NCBI RefSeq assembly: GCF_964204645.1 | Contig: NC_134027.1 | Span: forward strand, 7,596,485 to 7,660,484 | DNA from: Tubulanus polymorphus | Taxonomy: Eukaryota; Animalia; Nemertea | DNA: 64,000 nucleotides | Direction: 5' to 3' | In this document: positions 14,468 through 26,700 of the stretch, piece by piece | Numbering within the stretch: position 1 is the stretch's first letter | Layout: every line of letters begins with the position of its first letter | The notes under the pieces: model-generated | The model's database searches: none | What the model saw: the letters and a program-made list of their open reading frames with translations, nothing else | Told to the model about the DNA's origin: nothing | Translations under genes and position numbers: made by a program

Positions 14468-16302
14468 TTACGTTTGCAATGTGGACTCGTCAGTTTTTGG
14501 TCTGCGAGGTGGAGGATGGCTCGGTGGTTGTAACGATTCTAATCGATAAACCGCCTCTTTTTTCTTCTTCGTTATGGCGATCCATTTTTCACCTTTGATA
14601 GCAGCCTATAAAGTGCACAAAAGTTTCATAATTAAACATGATACAATTGAAAGCTTTTGAACTGGATCACATTTGGACCCGTGGAATTCATCATAAATAC
14701 ACACCACCATGTACAGTGCAGCAGTAATGAATAGACAAAGTCCACCGATCAGAGTGGGCAACAAGAAAAAACATGGAATACACAAACTGAAATAATTAAA
14801 TATGAAATTGAACTATATTGCACATTGTATATCATACAGAATAACGAAAAATTAATTACATTAGTGCTAGTGAACGAAGGCTACTCACACAAGATGAATA
14901 ATTGATCTAACGTAGTAATTTCTAGTTACGGGTCCACATTGGTTGATAATAACAGTTAAATAATGCTGGAACCTGAAACAGTATTAGAAAACATTTCAGC
15001 ACATAATGAACTACATGTAGGCCTATAGGTATAACGGGAGCGGATCCAGGAATTTAGAATAGGCCTAGCACTTCCTGGTTGTCTGGTTGTATACATGTAA
15101 ATGTATATGGTTAATACATGGTACATGATTGAATGATAATTTCTTTGTAAGAAAATTTATCATCATCTTAGTACCTAGTTATTCTAAAACAAAATGACCA
15201 CTGTTTTGTGTCATTTTCTTTTTTAACAGACAGGTCGATAAGATGTTACCTTGGCCGTGGGCTCCCCCAATCAGGCACGGATTTAGGGGGTAGCACACGA
15301 GGCACGTGCTACCCTCTAGATTTTCTAAGTGCCCCTGAAAATTATCACTATGTTTTTATTTGGTGGAAAGAATCCCAAGTGCTCAGAAATTGCATCTGAA
15401 GGGGATAGTGCCCTTTTAAAATATTACCTGCCCTTTTGATTTTGTGCTACCCCTAAAATTTTGTCCTGGATCCGCGCCTGCCAATGCCCCAGAGTGGAAT
15501 GAATCTGGTGAAGATATTCTTACCGGCGTTCATTCGAACTGCCTTTCTTCCGTTTACCTCTAGGATACTCGACGAAGAAAATTACAATACTAGCGCAGCT
15601 TAGAAATTAAGGGTTAAGGAAGATGAGGCAGCACTTTCTATGAGTACATATTCATCACACTAATTTTGGTTAAGTGGTCCCTATATTCATCATTGAAAGG
15701 ATACATAGAAAAAGCAGCAATTTGCCAGTTTCTGAACATGCCAGTCAATCCTAGTATACCACCAAAAACTGTGACTGAAGTGAAAAAAAATGTCAAACAG
15801 TGGCGTTGGAACCGTAGCGACTGCAGTGGCGAAAGCCGCATCAATAATTTACTGAATAATATTTTTTTTCTATCTTTACTATGTATTTGATGAAATTAAA
15901 GTAGATTCGCCAGAGCAATATTAGGATCTGTAAAGAAAAGGCAATTGGCCGCGGCAATCAAAAATTGCTTCCAACACCCCTGTGGCTGTGCCTGTGGCAC
16001 CCACCACTCTTATCCAAAAATTGTCCTCCTGCATTGTGTGGCCCCCGTGACTCACCCACCCACACCACCAGTTCAGTTACGCCCTCCTCTTCGAAGGCAA
16101 ACGATCACCACGTTGCCAACCCATTTCCTCTCAGTCGGAGTCCTACCCTTCAAAGAATCTAGGAGATAGAAGTCTAAATTTAGTAGAAGATTTCAAATAA
16201 GCGGATCGAGGAGATCGAAGGACGTTTCATCCAGAACAACTTGCCTGCACAAGAAATGATGGCTTGTTCGTTGGCCCACATGGCCCATTCTATACCACTC
16301 AT
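14468..16302 (-). CDS. CYBA: Cytochrome b-245 light chain, p22phox (NADPH oxidase subunit), 168 aa, 6 exons
   Basis: Exons 16302-16245, 15774-15705, 15598-15524, 14972-14889, 14786-14705 and 14605-14468. Motifs MSGIEWAMWANEQA, VEYPRGKRKKGS, GPVTRNYYVR, AAIKGEKW and proline-rich QPPSHPPPRRP. Missed by the ORF track. Confidence 0.95.
15272..15480. mobile_element. MITE in CYBA intron 3
   Basis: Imperfect TIRs CAGGCACGGATTTAGG / CCTGGATCCGCGCCTG flanked by CCAAT on both sides. Related (G)CGGATCCAG-type ends at ~15038, ~38359 and ~60381-60586. Confidence 0.6.
15599..15704 (-). other. U12-type (minor spliceosome) GT-AG intron, CYBA intron 2
   Basis: 5' splice site GTATCCTTT. Branch point TTCCTTAAC just upstream of the AG, with no long polypyrimidine tract. 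Confidence 0.9.
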
Positions 16303-18063
16303 TTTCTCTCACGACACCCCTTCTTCATGGACACATTTGATCATTGTTGATGATGCGGGTATCAGCAGGAAACCAAAGGGCCAATCGCGCGACGCTTCCA
16401 CCTTTCCACGCTTCAATGCACTTCACAAACGTATACGCGAAAGATTGGTTGCCTATAGAATTCTTAAACTGGTTGCCTGTCCCATTCGAGACCGGTAACC
16501 AGTCTACATAATGTTTGGACACTAACAGGGAAGCGCTCCGGGTTGGAGCTTCTTGTCAATACTAACCGATGGCTTTGCTCCATTGACTAGAAATACATGA
16601 AGTAGCCTTTTCCTTCCACTTGTTATTCTCACACGCTGGACATTTTTTCGGCAAATAAAGATTTTAATCAGTTTAAACTGAAACTCATTCATAGGAAATA
16701 ATATTTCAATAACCGGGGTAGTATTTTCTTGTCAGCCGTTTTGAACAAGGGCAAATTCATCCTGTTGTGCAAATCTTAGGCGAATTTATCACGTCAAATC
16801 AAATTTGATTTTAAGTAAAATCGTTTTTATCGTGTCATAATCAAATTTGATTTGGTCTAATTTTTTAATTTAACACGGCGTCAAATTCAAATCGATTTGT
16901 CAAATCATCAAATCACCACCGGAGGCGATTTGATACGATTTGAAGATGGTGGACTCACAAATTGTTTGTCGAAAAACTGATATTAATGTCAAAACTGAAA
17001 GAGAAACCTGAAACCTGAAACCCATTCATGGGACATAAAGTGGGACAGTATTTTCTTGGTCAGCTGTTTGGAACAAGGCGTCAAATTCATCCTGTTGTGC
17101 AAATCTTATTTGATTAGATTACACGTGACTAGCAAATTATGATTAGGAAAATCAAATCTGATTTGACCAGATAAATTCGCAAACAATAATATCAACGCGG
17201 GTTGGGGTCGGGCTCGCGGCTCCAAGTAATTAAAAATGCCTCATATATCTCCCCTCAATTGAATCGAGGAGTTTTTTTTAATGAAAATCTGTCTATTGAC
17301 GGGATTCAGTGATAACAGTATGAATGATGAATAATCGTGAATACATGGTATTAGTGGGTTTTCCCCCAATGACTCAAATAGACCGCTTTCCTCGTGCATG
17401 TGAGGTAGCTCGGGGTGCATGAACTGTCCGTGACTAATCAACTAATTTCATTAGTAAATGTTTACGCGGTTTCTATGATAGGAAGACCTGTGTTGGAGTG
17501 AGTCTGAACTGGAAGTGCTATCGGTCGGTATATTTTATAAATTATTCTAGAATTTAAGAAGAAAAAACAGGCGGATGCTTATAAATTCGGAAGTAGCTGT
17601 TGGGAATCAAGTAATTTATTTCATGGCCTTATTAAAGTTCCTCCACTATATTGTTCAGCTGACTACTGGCGCGTATTCAACCCGGCGGTGGAACCTCATA
17701 ATGTAAATCCATTCAACAATAGAGACACAATTGCGGGTTTTCAGAGTTGTTGATATCATTCTGACACGCGCTATTGAATACGTCACCGGCTGACCACGGT
17801 GTACACAAGCATAGACCATTCACCTCAGCTTACTCACACTGTGAACATGCTACCGTGGATTCTCCTCCTGGCGATTTTCGCTGCGCTCCCGCTCCTGCTC
17901 CTGTTCCTGCTTCCTGAGGAACGACGTCTTTATGTTTTATGTGTTACTGTTTGTCTCTGTGCTGTCCTGTACTGTTCCGTGTTAATTAATCCGTTCTATT
18001 TTTCAGCAATTAACCCGTTTTGTTTTTCAGGGCCGATTTCTCTGTCGAATTTCAACGTTTGCA

Positions 18064-18829
18064 GGAACAAAACTAATGTCCGAAGCGTCAGCTCTCCTTC
18101 GCCGGTCGTGTGTCGAGGATGTCAGACAAAGAGTCGGTCAGGAAATTCTGCCCTCTACACGCCCTCATACGGAACACGAAAACCAGGATGACGAGGCCTC
18201 ACTGCCCCCATCTATCTACAAAGTGTGCTGAGTGATGTCAATGACGGGCATATCTGCGGGATTGCGCGGGATACAAATGGAGCGGTTATACTGGATTGTC
18301 ACGCCACTAGCATTCATTGGTCCTTGTGACCGCCCGGATAAGGGATGATGTCACGCCCTTTGTTTCTGGTATTCTGAGTCGGCTGAGGGATGATTCTACT
18401 GTCACGCCCTTTGATTTCTAGTTTGAGTGCTAGTTTTCATTGTGTCCTTGTGACAACCTCGGGCAGAGATGAAGTCTCTTGTCGGCTTGTGAGTGCTAGT
18501 TTCATTGAGTCCTTGTGACTACCTCGGTCAGTGGATGAAGTCTCTTGTCACGCCTTTGAGTGCTAGTTGAGATCCTGAATCTCGCCCGGTCAAGCTGGTT
18601 GTACTGCGCTATTTGTGTTTCGTGCAATTTTACAGGTGTGTCAGTTACTGACGTCGCCCAGTACATCCTGCAGTTAGATGGGGAATGTGAGGCGTTGTCA
18701 TTCTGGTTTTCGCGTTCTGTGTGAGGGCGTGTAGAGGGCAGTATATTCCTGGCTGGCTTATTGTCTGGTGTTCTCGGCATGTGACCGGCGACGGAGAGCT
18801 GAAAAGCTTTCAGACATTAGTTTTGTTCC
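18064..18829. repeat. Fold-back structure: ~180-bp diverged inverted arms enclosing degenerate tandem repeats
   Basis: 18064-18245 (GGAACAAAACTAATGTCCGAAGC...) is the reverse complement of ~18645-18829 (...CTTTCAGACATTAGTTTTGTTCC). Units containing GTCCTTGTGAC / GTCACGCC(C)TTTG lie between. A third arm copy is at ~40612-40790. Confidence 0.8.
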
Positions 18830-19100
18830 GTACCAGGTTTTCATCGCTCTTCTCTTTTTTTTCATTTCAGGACTCCCAAGATGAAGAAGAAGATGCTGAA
18901 GGTGACTACAACGAAGACGATGCCAAAAAAGAACACTGAACTCAGCAATATTGAAAGTTAAGTTGATACACATGATACAAATTACGATGCGTGATACGGA
19001 AAGGATTGTGTAATTACAGAATATCGTTCTTTTACTCATTTCAGGTTAATCCGGAAAGGCCCATCTAAAATCTGCCCACCAGAAGTGCCCACAAAAGACT

Positions 19101-20162
19101 CCCATTATGAGTTTTCCGGTTTGCTCGGCTACCCGTACTGGCGGGGTAGTCTAGATAGGCAAATGAAAGCTCCGGTTTGCTGAACTACCCCTCTTTGCGG
19201 GGATGCGGTATGATGTTTGATCTGACAGTTTAAAGTGGTTAATGGGTGTTTCAAGTGCTTACAACGATGCTTATTACTTAATGTGGTACATGGTGGTTTA
19301 AAAAAAGATTTCATAATGATACGCTCAAAGTATAGGCCTACCGCGTGGGCTTCGTAGAAAGACCACTGCCTGTGGCCTTCCCAAATTTTAATTGTTCTGT
19401 CCGATTTGGTTTCGTCCAATTGAAAGACTGCCTTTTCCAGTTAGGGCATTTTTGGATCACATCACTCAGGAAATGACTTACGCTTTTGGGCCCTTTCGTC
19501 GGTCCCACGTGTTTCATTTGAGCTATAGACCACATGGTGACACCATGATGGTCAGAAACTGACCAATTGAGATATTCCCGAGTCTGAACACCTGACTGCG
19601 AATTTCGGAAATTTATCGAGTCATGTTTGTTTTCAAACTACCGAGGTATCATCATTGCAAATTCATAAATTGACCATCACTGACCACCACTGACCAATAT
19701 AAACTTCTCGAATATGAGTTCGATATACCGCGTTATGGTGTCAAACTAGAAAGGATTCGCCATAGATATTGAGAATTCATAAATTGACCATCACTGACCA
19801 CCACTGACCAATTCAAACTTCTCGAATATGAGAACGATATACCGCGTTATGGTGTCAAACTAGAAAGGATTCGCCATAAATATTGAGAATTCATAAATTG
19901 ACCATCACTGACCACCACTGACCAATTCAAACTTCTCGAATATGAGAACGATATACCGCGTTTATGGTGTCAAACTAGAAAGGATTCGCCATTGAAAATT
20001 CATGAACTGACCATCACTGATCACCACTGACCAATTGAAACTTCTCGAATGTAAGAAAGATATACCGGTACCGCATTTGGTGTGAAACTAGAAAGCATTC
20101 CCCATTAGAATTCATAAATTGACCATCACTGACCACCACTGCCCTAGTGAAACTTCTCGAAT
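19101..20162. repeat. ~1-kb dispersed module ending in a ~114-bp tandem repeat (about 4.5 units)
   Basis: ATTCATAAATTGACCATCACTGACCACCACTGACC recurs at 19661, 19775, 19889, 19998 and 20110. The module recurs inverted, with an internal deletion, at ~39397-40058. Confidence 0.85.
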
Positions 20163-21923
20163 ATCGTCGAATTCGAAAATGGTTGTCGTCGTATTGTTAT
20201 TTCTAGAGACCAGCAGTTATGTTTTGCTACTGTTTCTGAATGGCGTTGACATGATGGAAATATATTACTCCTTAATAGGTTACACATCTGGATCACAGCA
20301 CCTCACTTGCCGCAGTGCGTAATTTTGACTGCATAGTAATGCTAATACATAAACTTTTTTACTACTTGACTCAAAGCTTGACGCGAATCATCTGAACAGT
20401 ACTGCGTTTGAAAACGAATAGAAAATGTTTGCGAGAAGCACCTGCAAATAAGTTATGATAAGATTAAATCTATGGTTAATCGATGCTTAAAAAAACAATT
20501 AAATCACAGGCAAGATGACTAACAACCGTCTTTCAACCAATCAGCGCGATGCCAATTAATTAAATCATTAAACGCATTAGGCTCCTAATATTTGTAATCA
20601 TTTGTCGTTCTTTAAACTTGGCCACTTTTGTTTCAGAAAACCGCGTACTAGACCAGTGGTCACCAAGGCATTAAAAAAGTTTTGAAAATTCGATGGTAAC
20701 GATTTGTCCGTCAAAAAACTGTTTCGTTAATATTTCAAGTTTTTTTTAACTCTTGTACAGAATTCACTATATGAAAAGTGTTCATAGGAATTGAAATTCG
20801 GTGTGATATCAGTCACCTGTTACCCCTTTTTCATTGTCAGTTCTTTATTGCACTATCATGCGCTCTTCTAAAATAGAAAAGAACATGTGTGTTTCGTTAT
20901 AAACAAGGTTAAATTCCAAACGCACATGAAATATCACACAATATACACATCTAGCATTTTCTCTAACTAGGCCCTTTCCAAATGGCAATTGTTTAGTTTT
21001 TTAACGGCCGACATTCAGAAGCACCTAAAAACCAGTGGTAGCGCTTGAGATTTTCAGTGTAGGTCACATCTCACATCGACTCGGCTCGCAGTCGGTTCGT
21101 TTAATGGGAACACATCTGGTTGACACTAGTTTCACAGTTGACGAAATCAGAAAACTTTTTTCAAATGCCTTTGATAACATCTTAAACATAGTATTCTTCT
21201 TAATTACATTTCGTTGATTCCATAGATATGTTTTTATGAAAATTGCTCCAGTTATAACGGATTCAAACATACATGTGAAATCATTATTTTCAAAATATTC
21301 AATTTTCTCCGCTTTTGAAGAAATTCTGACACAATATCATCTCCACTCGACACATGATTTTACTTCGGCGCCTTTAAGGGAGTGTCCCTTAAAGTTGAGT
21401 TCTTACTTAGTCAAACAAGGAGATATGCCTGATTCCTTTTTAAAATTTAGATTTCGACAGATATCATCAAATTACTAGAAAGGGACAGCAGCGTTCGGTC
21501 ATCCACGAAAAATACCTAAAATGCAGTCCTAGGGTTATGGAAAAACAGGACACGAAACATACAGAAAAATCCTTTGTTTGGTTGACTGAAATTATTATTG
21601 AACTCTTAAATAGCGACATTCAGAGAAACAAAAACATAAGAATATAATCTCGCCCACCCGGTAAAAAACATAACGTAATGATATGAGGCCATGTGTCATC
21701 TTTAATTGAAATCACATTATATTCATTCTCATGCGAGGATGGTTCTCCAAATTCATAGGATAAGGAGAATAATGATTTGAATGATGAATACAACTGATAA
21801 AGCGCCAATTTCACTGTTTCTTGCATATAAATGCTCAAAGGCGCTTTACAGTAATCGAGTAAACAGGTGCGTTTTTAGGAGTCTTTTGAATTTGAATTCA
21901 AATCGGGTGTTCATGACGACTAT

Positions 21924-22330
21924 AGGCGCTTTTACGAAACTGAATCTTTGTAAATCGATTTAAGTTTCACGTTTACGGCACGCGGTTTAGTGAATCCGAT
22001 TTGGTAAATCAACTCGTTTATGGACGCGGTTTAGTAAATTGATTTATTAAATCGACTAACTTGCTCGGCGAGCAAGTTAGTGGCGATTTAGTCAGTGAAA
22101 TCCAACATGGCGTCCTCTTCGACCGCGGGCTAAAGACATCTATTGCAGACCATCATCTATCAATAATTCGGTCACCATTGACGCCCATTTTCTTTCGAAT
22201 CGCGACCTTTAGATTGATAAATTGATTCGACTCATTTACGAAAAACGATTCGATTTACTAATCCTTACGTTTTCCAACATCGAATCGGATTTAGCTAAAC
22301 CGAATCAGATTCAATTTCGTAAAAGCGCCT
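21924..22330. mobile_element. MITE (407 bp) with ~24-bp TIRs and 3-bp TSD
   Basis: AGGCGCTTTTACGAAACTGAATCT ... AGATTCAATTTCGTAAAAGCGCCT, flanked by TAT on both sides. Confidence 0.75.
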
Positions 22331-23755
22331 TATAATTGAGCATTCTAGGGCTGGAGCAAGAAACGTGTGGGATCGTCCGCCAAGGTATCGCTAAGGAGTC
22401 AGTCCGTGGTGGCTTTTGGAAGCGACGACCGCATATGAATGCATTGATTGAATGACATCTCAAAAGTCAGATTATATAAAATTAAACATGATATACGGAT
22501 AGGTTCTTCCAATTAGGCCTATACTGGTAAAAATGAAATGACCCAATATGTGATATAAATGTTCAATCAAAAAGTAGAAAGTGAATCCGTAATTCAGTAT
22601 GGTAGGCCTATTGTTACAACATCAAACACTCAAATTCAATCCTTTGTTAAATTGGAAGCCAGTGTAGATGAGCAAGTATCGTGGTCCCTGATTTTAGTTA
22701 TCGTAATAATTCAAGCCACGCGATTTTGAACTGTTCAACAAGTTGGAGTTTGTGTAAAGATGAATGAGTTTGAAATGGAGTGGACTTCAGATATTACTGT
22801 TTGCATGCCTATGTCTATTACTTAATCTTTTTACTAATCATAGAAAATTGTGGTAAAATATTTGACTCGACGGTTGGTTTTAGATTGTATCCCTCCAAGC
22901 CAGAGGTAATCACGGATATCGGACTACAAAAACATTCCTTGTGTAAAGCTCAACTTTGTAAATTCCTGGAAAAGCTCGCCTCGGATATTTCAATAATGAT
23001 TAAACATTAATTTTCCCAACGAAAAACCTAAACAACCAATGTACGCTTGCTTTAAGTTTACCAATGCACTATCGTTGCTTTTTCTAGCTATTTGTACTGT
23101 TTGCCGCAAAAAGATTGCATCCTCTATTACAGGATTTAAGGATACAACTCTAAAATCAGTTAGTTTAAATTAACCATTATACAATATATGATACATGACC
23201 AAATACACTGTTAATATGAAAAAGATCCAATATGTACACATTTCAAATCTCAAACCAAGTTTTATCATTAGAAAATAACGACACAACGTTCGATCGTTCA
23301 CTAGAGATCATCTTTTTGAATTTGTACACAGTGAATTTTCGTATCGTATTATGGTATTATCAATTCTCCGCATTTGAGTGTGACTATTCTACGAATACAA
23401 AGTTATTTTTAGCAATGAAGTTTTAATTGTCATTTTAAATGTTAACTTTCCACTGGTATGTAAACTTACTAACTTTTGGCAACTGACCTCAAATCGTGGA
23501 ATGGGCTCAGGTAGCCTGCTGATCCACTCTTTATTAATACTACTAAAGAAATATTCAGTATAAGAAGTAAAAAGTATATTAAAGTACTATTTATCTTTAT
23601 ATCGCAATAATTTGTGTACGTATGATTGAAAAACGATATTCTATGGAGTCTCGTGTTACGTACTTATGATTAGTTAGTTAAGTTTATTTACTCCACAATT
23701 ATACAATTGCACAGAGCACAAAATTAATTTACAATAGACATTGCAACATTTAACA

Positions 23756-26700
23756 TTAGAAATGTATTAAACATTTGCGTATATACAACGCCAATTTTTT
23801 AAGAGTTTGGCAATTTGAGTTGAACAAATCATACAACTTTACGTTATTGGGGAATCTCCAATAACGCTCCGGGATATATCTAGCTCTGGATTCCTGGAAG
23901 TACGGGCAGACGAGTAAAAAGTGATATTCATCCCCCACCGCCACTAAATCACACTTTTGGCACAGCCTATTGGCACGGGCAATTCCACGCCACCGCCCAA
24001 CTTCCACCGGTAGCCTGTGAGCTGAGCATCTAAATCTACATAAAGTTAACCGGTCCCTAGGGGTTAATTCAGTTAGATACTTTTCCATTTCGAAACGGCA
24101 TTTGATTGTTAAATACGTAACAGCCATAGTGGAATCAGTAAGTTTTGCATGCCAGACTTGCATAAACTGATCCTGCAATCTCTGTTTAAGAATCAGACTC
24201 AAGTAATTCACGTTTGGAATATTTTGATTTTCCCAAATATATCCGAGCCCATTTCGGAGCAAAATGTTCTTCACAGAATCCATCCAAGAGTTAGCTTGAC
24301 CATCAATATAGCTATTATAAACACAACTGTAAACCTTTGACGATAATTTATCATCAGTTATTAATTTTGCCCAAAAATTTACAATTCTAAGCTGTACGTA
24401 AACTTCGAGAGGAAAACGACCCAGTTCTCCATAGACAAATGAGCTATTAGTAGATTTCTTTAACTTGAGTAAATATCTAAAAAATTTCAGCTGCACGCAC
24501 TCAAGAACTCGGAGATTTTCGTAACCCCAAATTTCACAACCAAATAATAGGATTGGTAATACCATGCTATCATATAACTTTAAACTAACATCAACGTCGA
24601 GTGAATATTCGCTAACCTTTTTTAAAACAGAGAACATAGCCCGCTGTGCTTGGTTTGCTAACGCTTTTCGGCACTGAGCAAAAGACCCGGTATGGGAGAA
24701 TAGTATACCCAAATACTTATAGTTATATACTAACTCCAACACTCGACCGTTTATATTAAACTCCGGAGGGTTTCGGAGTCTTCGTTTCGAGAATATCATT
24801 ACTTTTGTTTTTTCGCAATTTATTTGTAACTTCCAATCTTTGCAATAAACATGCAGGTTGTCAATCAATTTCTGAAGACCCTGTGGACTCTCGCTCATAA
24901 GTACTGTATCGTCTGCGTACATAAGGATCATCAATTTGACCCATGCATCATTACGCATGCGCAGATTTAGGGAGGGACAATTTTGAGCATCTAAATAGCC
25001 TTCCAGATCATTTAAAAATATTGAAAAGAGCACAGGGGACAAATTTTCTCCCTGTCTGACACCCATAAAACTTTCAAAGGCATCTGTTTTACTATCATTA
25101 GAAAATACACATGACTTGATGCCCTGGTACATGCTACATATTACATTTAGAACTTTGCCCGTAACACCACTATTGATCATCTTATGCCACAGAGCCTTTC
25201 TCCATATGCTATCAAAGGCACGTTTGTAATCTACAAAAATGCAGTAAAGCTTGCGATTACTATTCAAAAACATATCCACAAGTGACTTAAGGGAGTATAT
25301 ATGGTCCAGAATGCCGTGTTTTTGTCTGAAACCTGCTTGATTTTCCAGTAGTATATTGTTCGTCTCTAGGTAATTAGTTAGCCGGTTGTTGATGACACTA
25401 GTAAAAAGTTTGCCTACATTGCTCAACAAAGTCACGCCCCTATAGTTACTTGGGTCATCAGCACTACCCTTTTGTTTGAAAATAGGTATAATCATTCCGT
25501 TTAACCATGATTCGGGGATATTACCTGTATCAAGGACATTGTTAAAAAGACACATAAGTGTTGGTAGTAAACTCTCCTCGGCCGATTTTAAGAACTCGTT
25601 AGGGATTTTGTCCGTACCACAAGCCTTAAAGTTTTTTAATTTATTTATACTCTTTAATATTTCATCCCCGTTAATAGGTTGATTTAAAGGGGTTTGGTCA
25701 TAGTTATTGCCGTTAAAGTCTTCGACGTTATGAAGCCGTGGTTCACTTCCATCAAGCACAGGACGCTCGTTCATAGATTTAAAGTGATTTAGAAAATCAG
25801 CGCTTGAGACATTACACGTGTTATTGTGGTTCTTCTTGAAATAGTTCCAGAAGTTGTGAGGGTCAGATTTTGACAGTGAACGTATTTTCTTGTTGAAAAC
25901 CGTCTTCCTATCACTATTCCATTTGTGAATGGCGTTTTTGTATTTACGGAACGCACGGTTCATTATGTAGTGATTATTACGTGAGGGTAAAGATGAGTAT
26001 GTTCTTTTTGCACGACGATAATCCAACCTGGTGTTTCTAACGACTTCGTTTTGGGTAGCCTTGGCCGGTGGCCGAGGTTTCGATTTACGTTTGACAATTC
26101 GTTTGCCCATTACTTTAACGGCTGATTGTAACATAACAGCACAAAGCCGTTCATTGGCTTCGCTTGCGCTCAATGACCCATTCATCAGGTTTTCGTTTAT
26201 TTCAATAAGGACCGTTGAATTCCTCGAAATGTCTTGTGCGAATTGGTCTTTTTTATCTGGGTCCCAGTTCACTACCTCCTCCGGTTCGAAATTTTGAGAA
26301 CCAGTTACAACTGGCGCTGATGTCTTAAGTTGTAGATGCGTCACGATGGCGCTATGTACGTCGGAAAGTAACCGGTCGAATGCCATTACCTCCAGCCGCT
26401 TTACATAGTTTATAAGGTACGATGACGAAATCATGTAGTCGACAATATGTTCATTATCTCCTTTATGGCACGTAAAATCACCAACTGTTAAATCAGGGGC
26501 TATTCGACCATTCAGGATAATGATTGAATGGTTTTTACATAGTTCCACCAACCGTAAACCGTAGTTGTTAATAGAAAGATCCTTTGTTTTACGTCTGGTA
26601 ATATTGAGGGAATTTAATATTTGTACACAAGTATGGGTGTCTGCAAAAACCTCGTTTTCGAATTCTAGCCTTTGTGTTAAAAAGTCGTTTGGGTCACTAT

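Noticed and set aside
17799-18191. 130-aa ORF with a hydrophobic signal-like N-terminus
   Set aside because: Derives from low-complexity CT-rich sequence and one arm of the fold-back repeat, and frames are not conserved between arm copies.
19661-20162. Regularly spaced repeats (also 32750-33330, 38684-39055 and 51735-51972) as CRISPR arrays
   Set aside because: Whole units are repeated with no unique spacers, there are no cas genes, and the DNA is eukaryotic.
22600-23660. Possible highly decayed GPCR fragments (also 28000-28430)
   Set aside because: Only vague hydrophobic patches with many stops and frameshifts; cannot be supported without a tBLASTn/HMM search.
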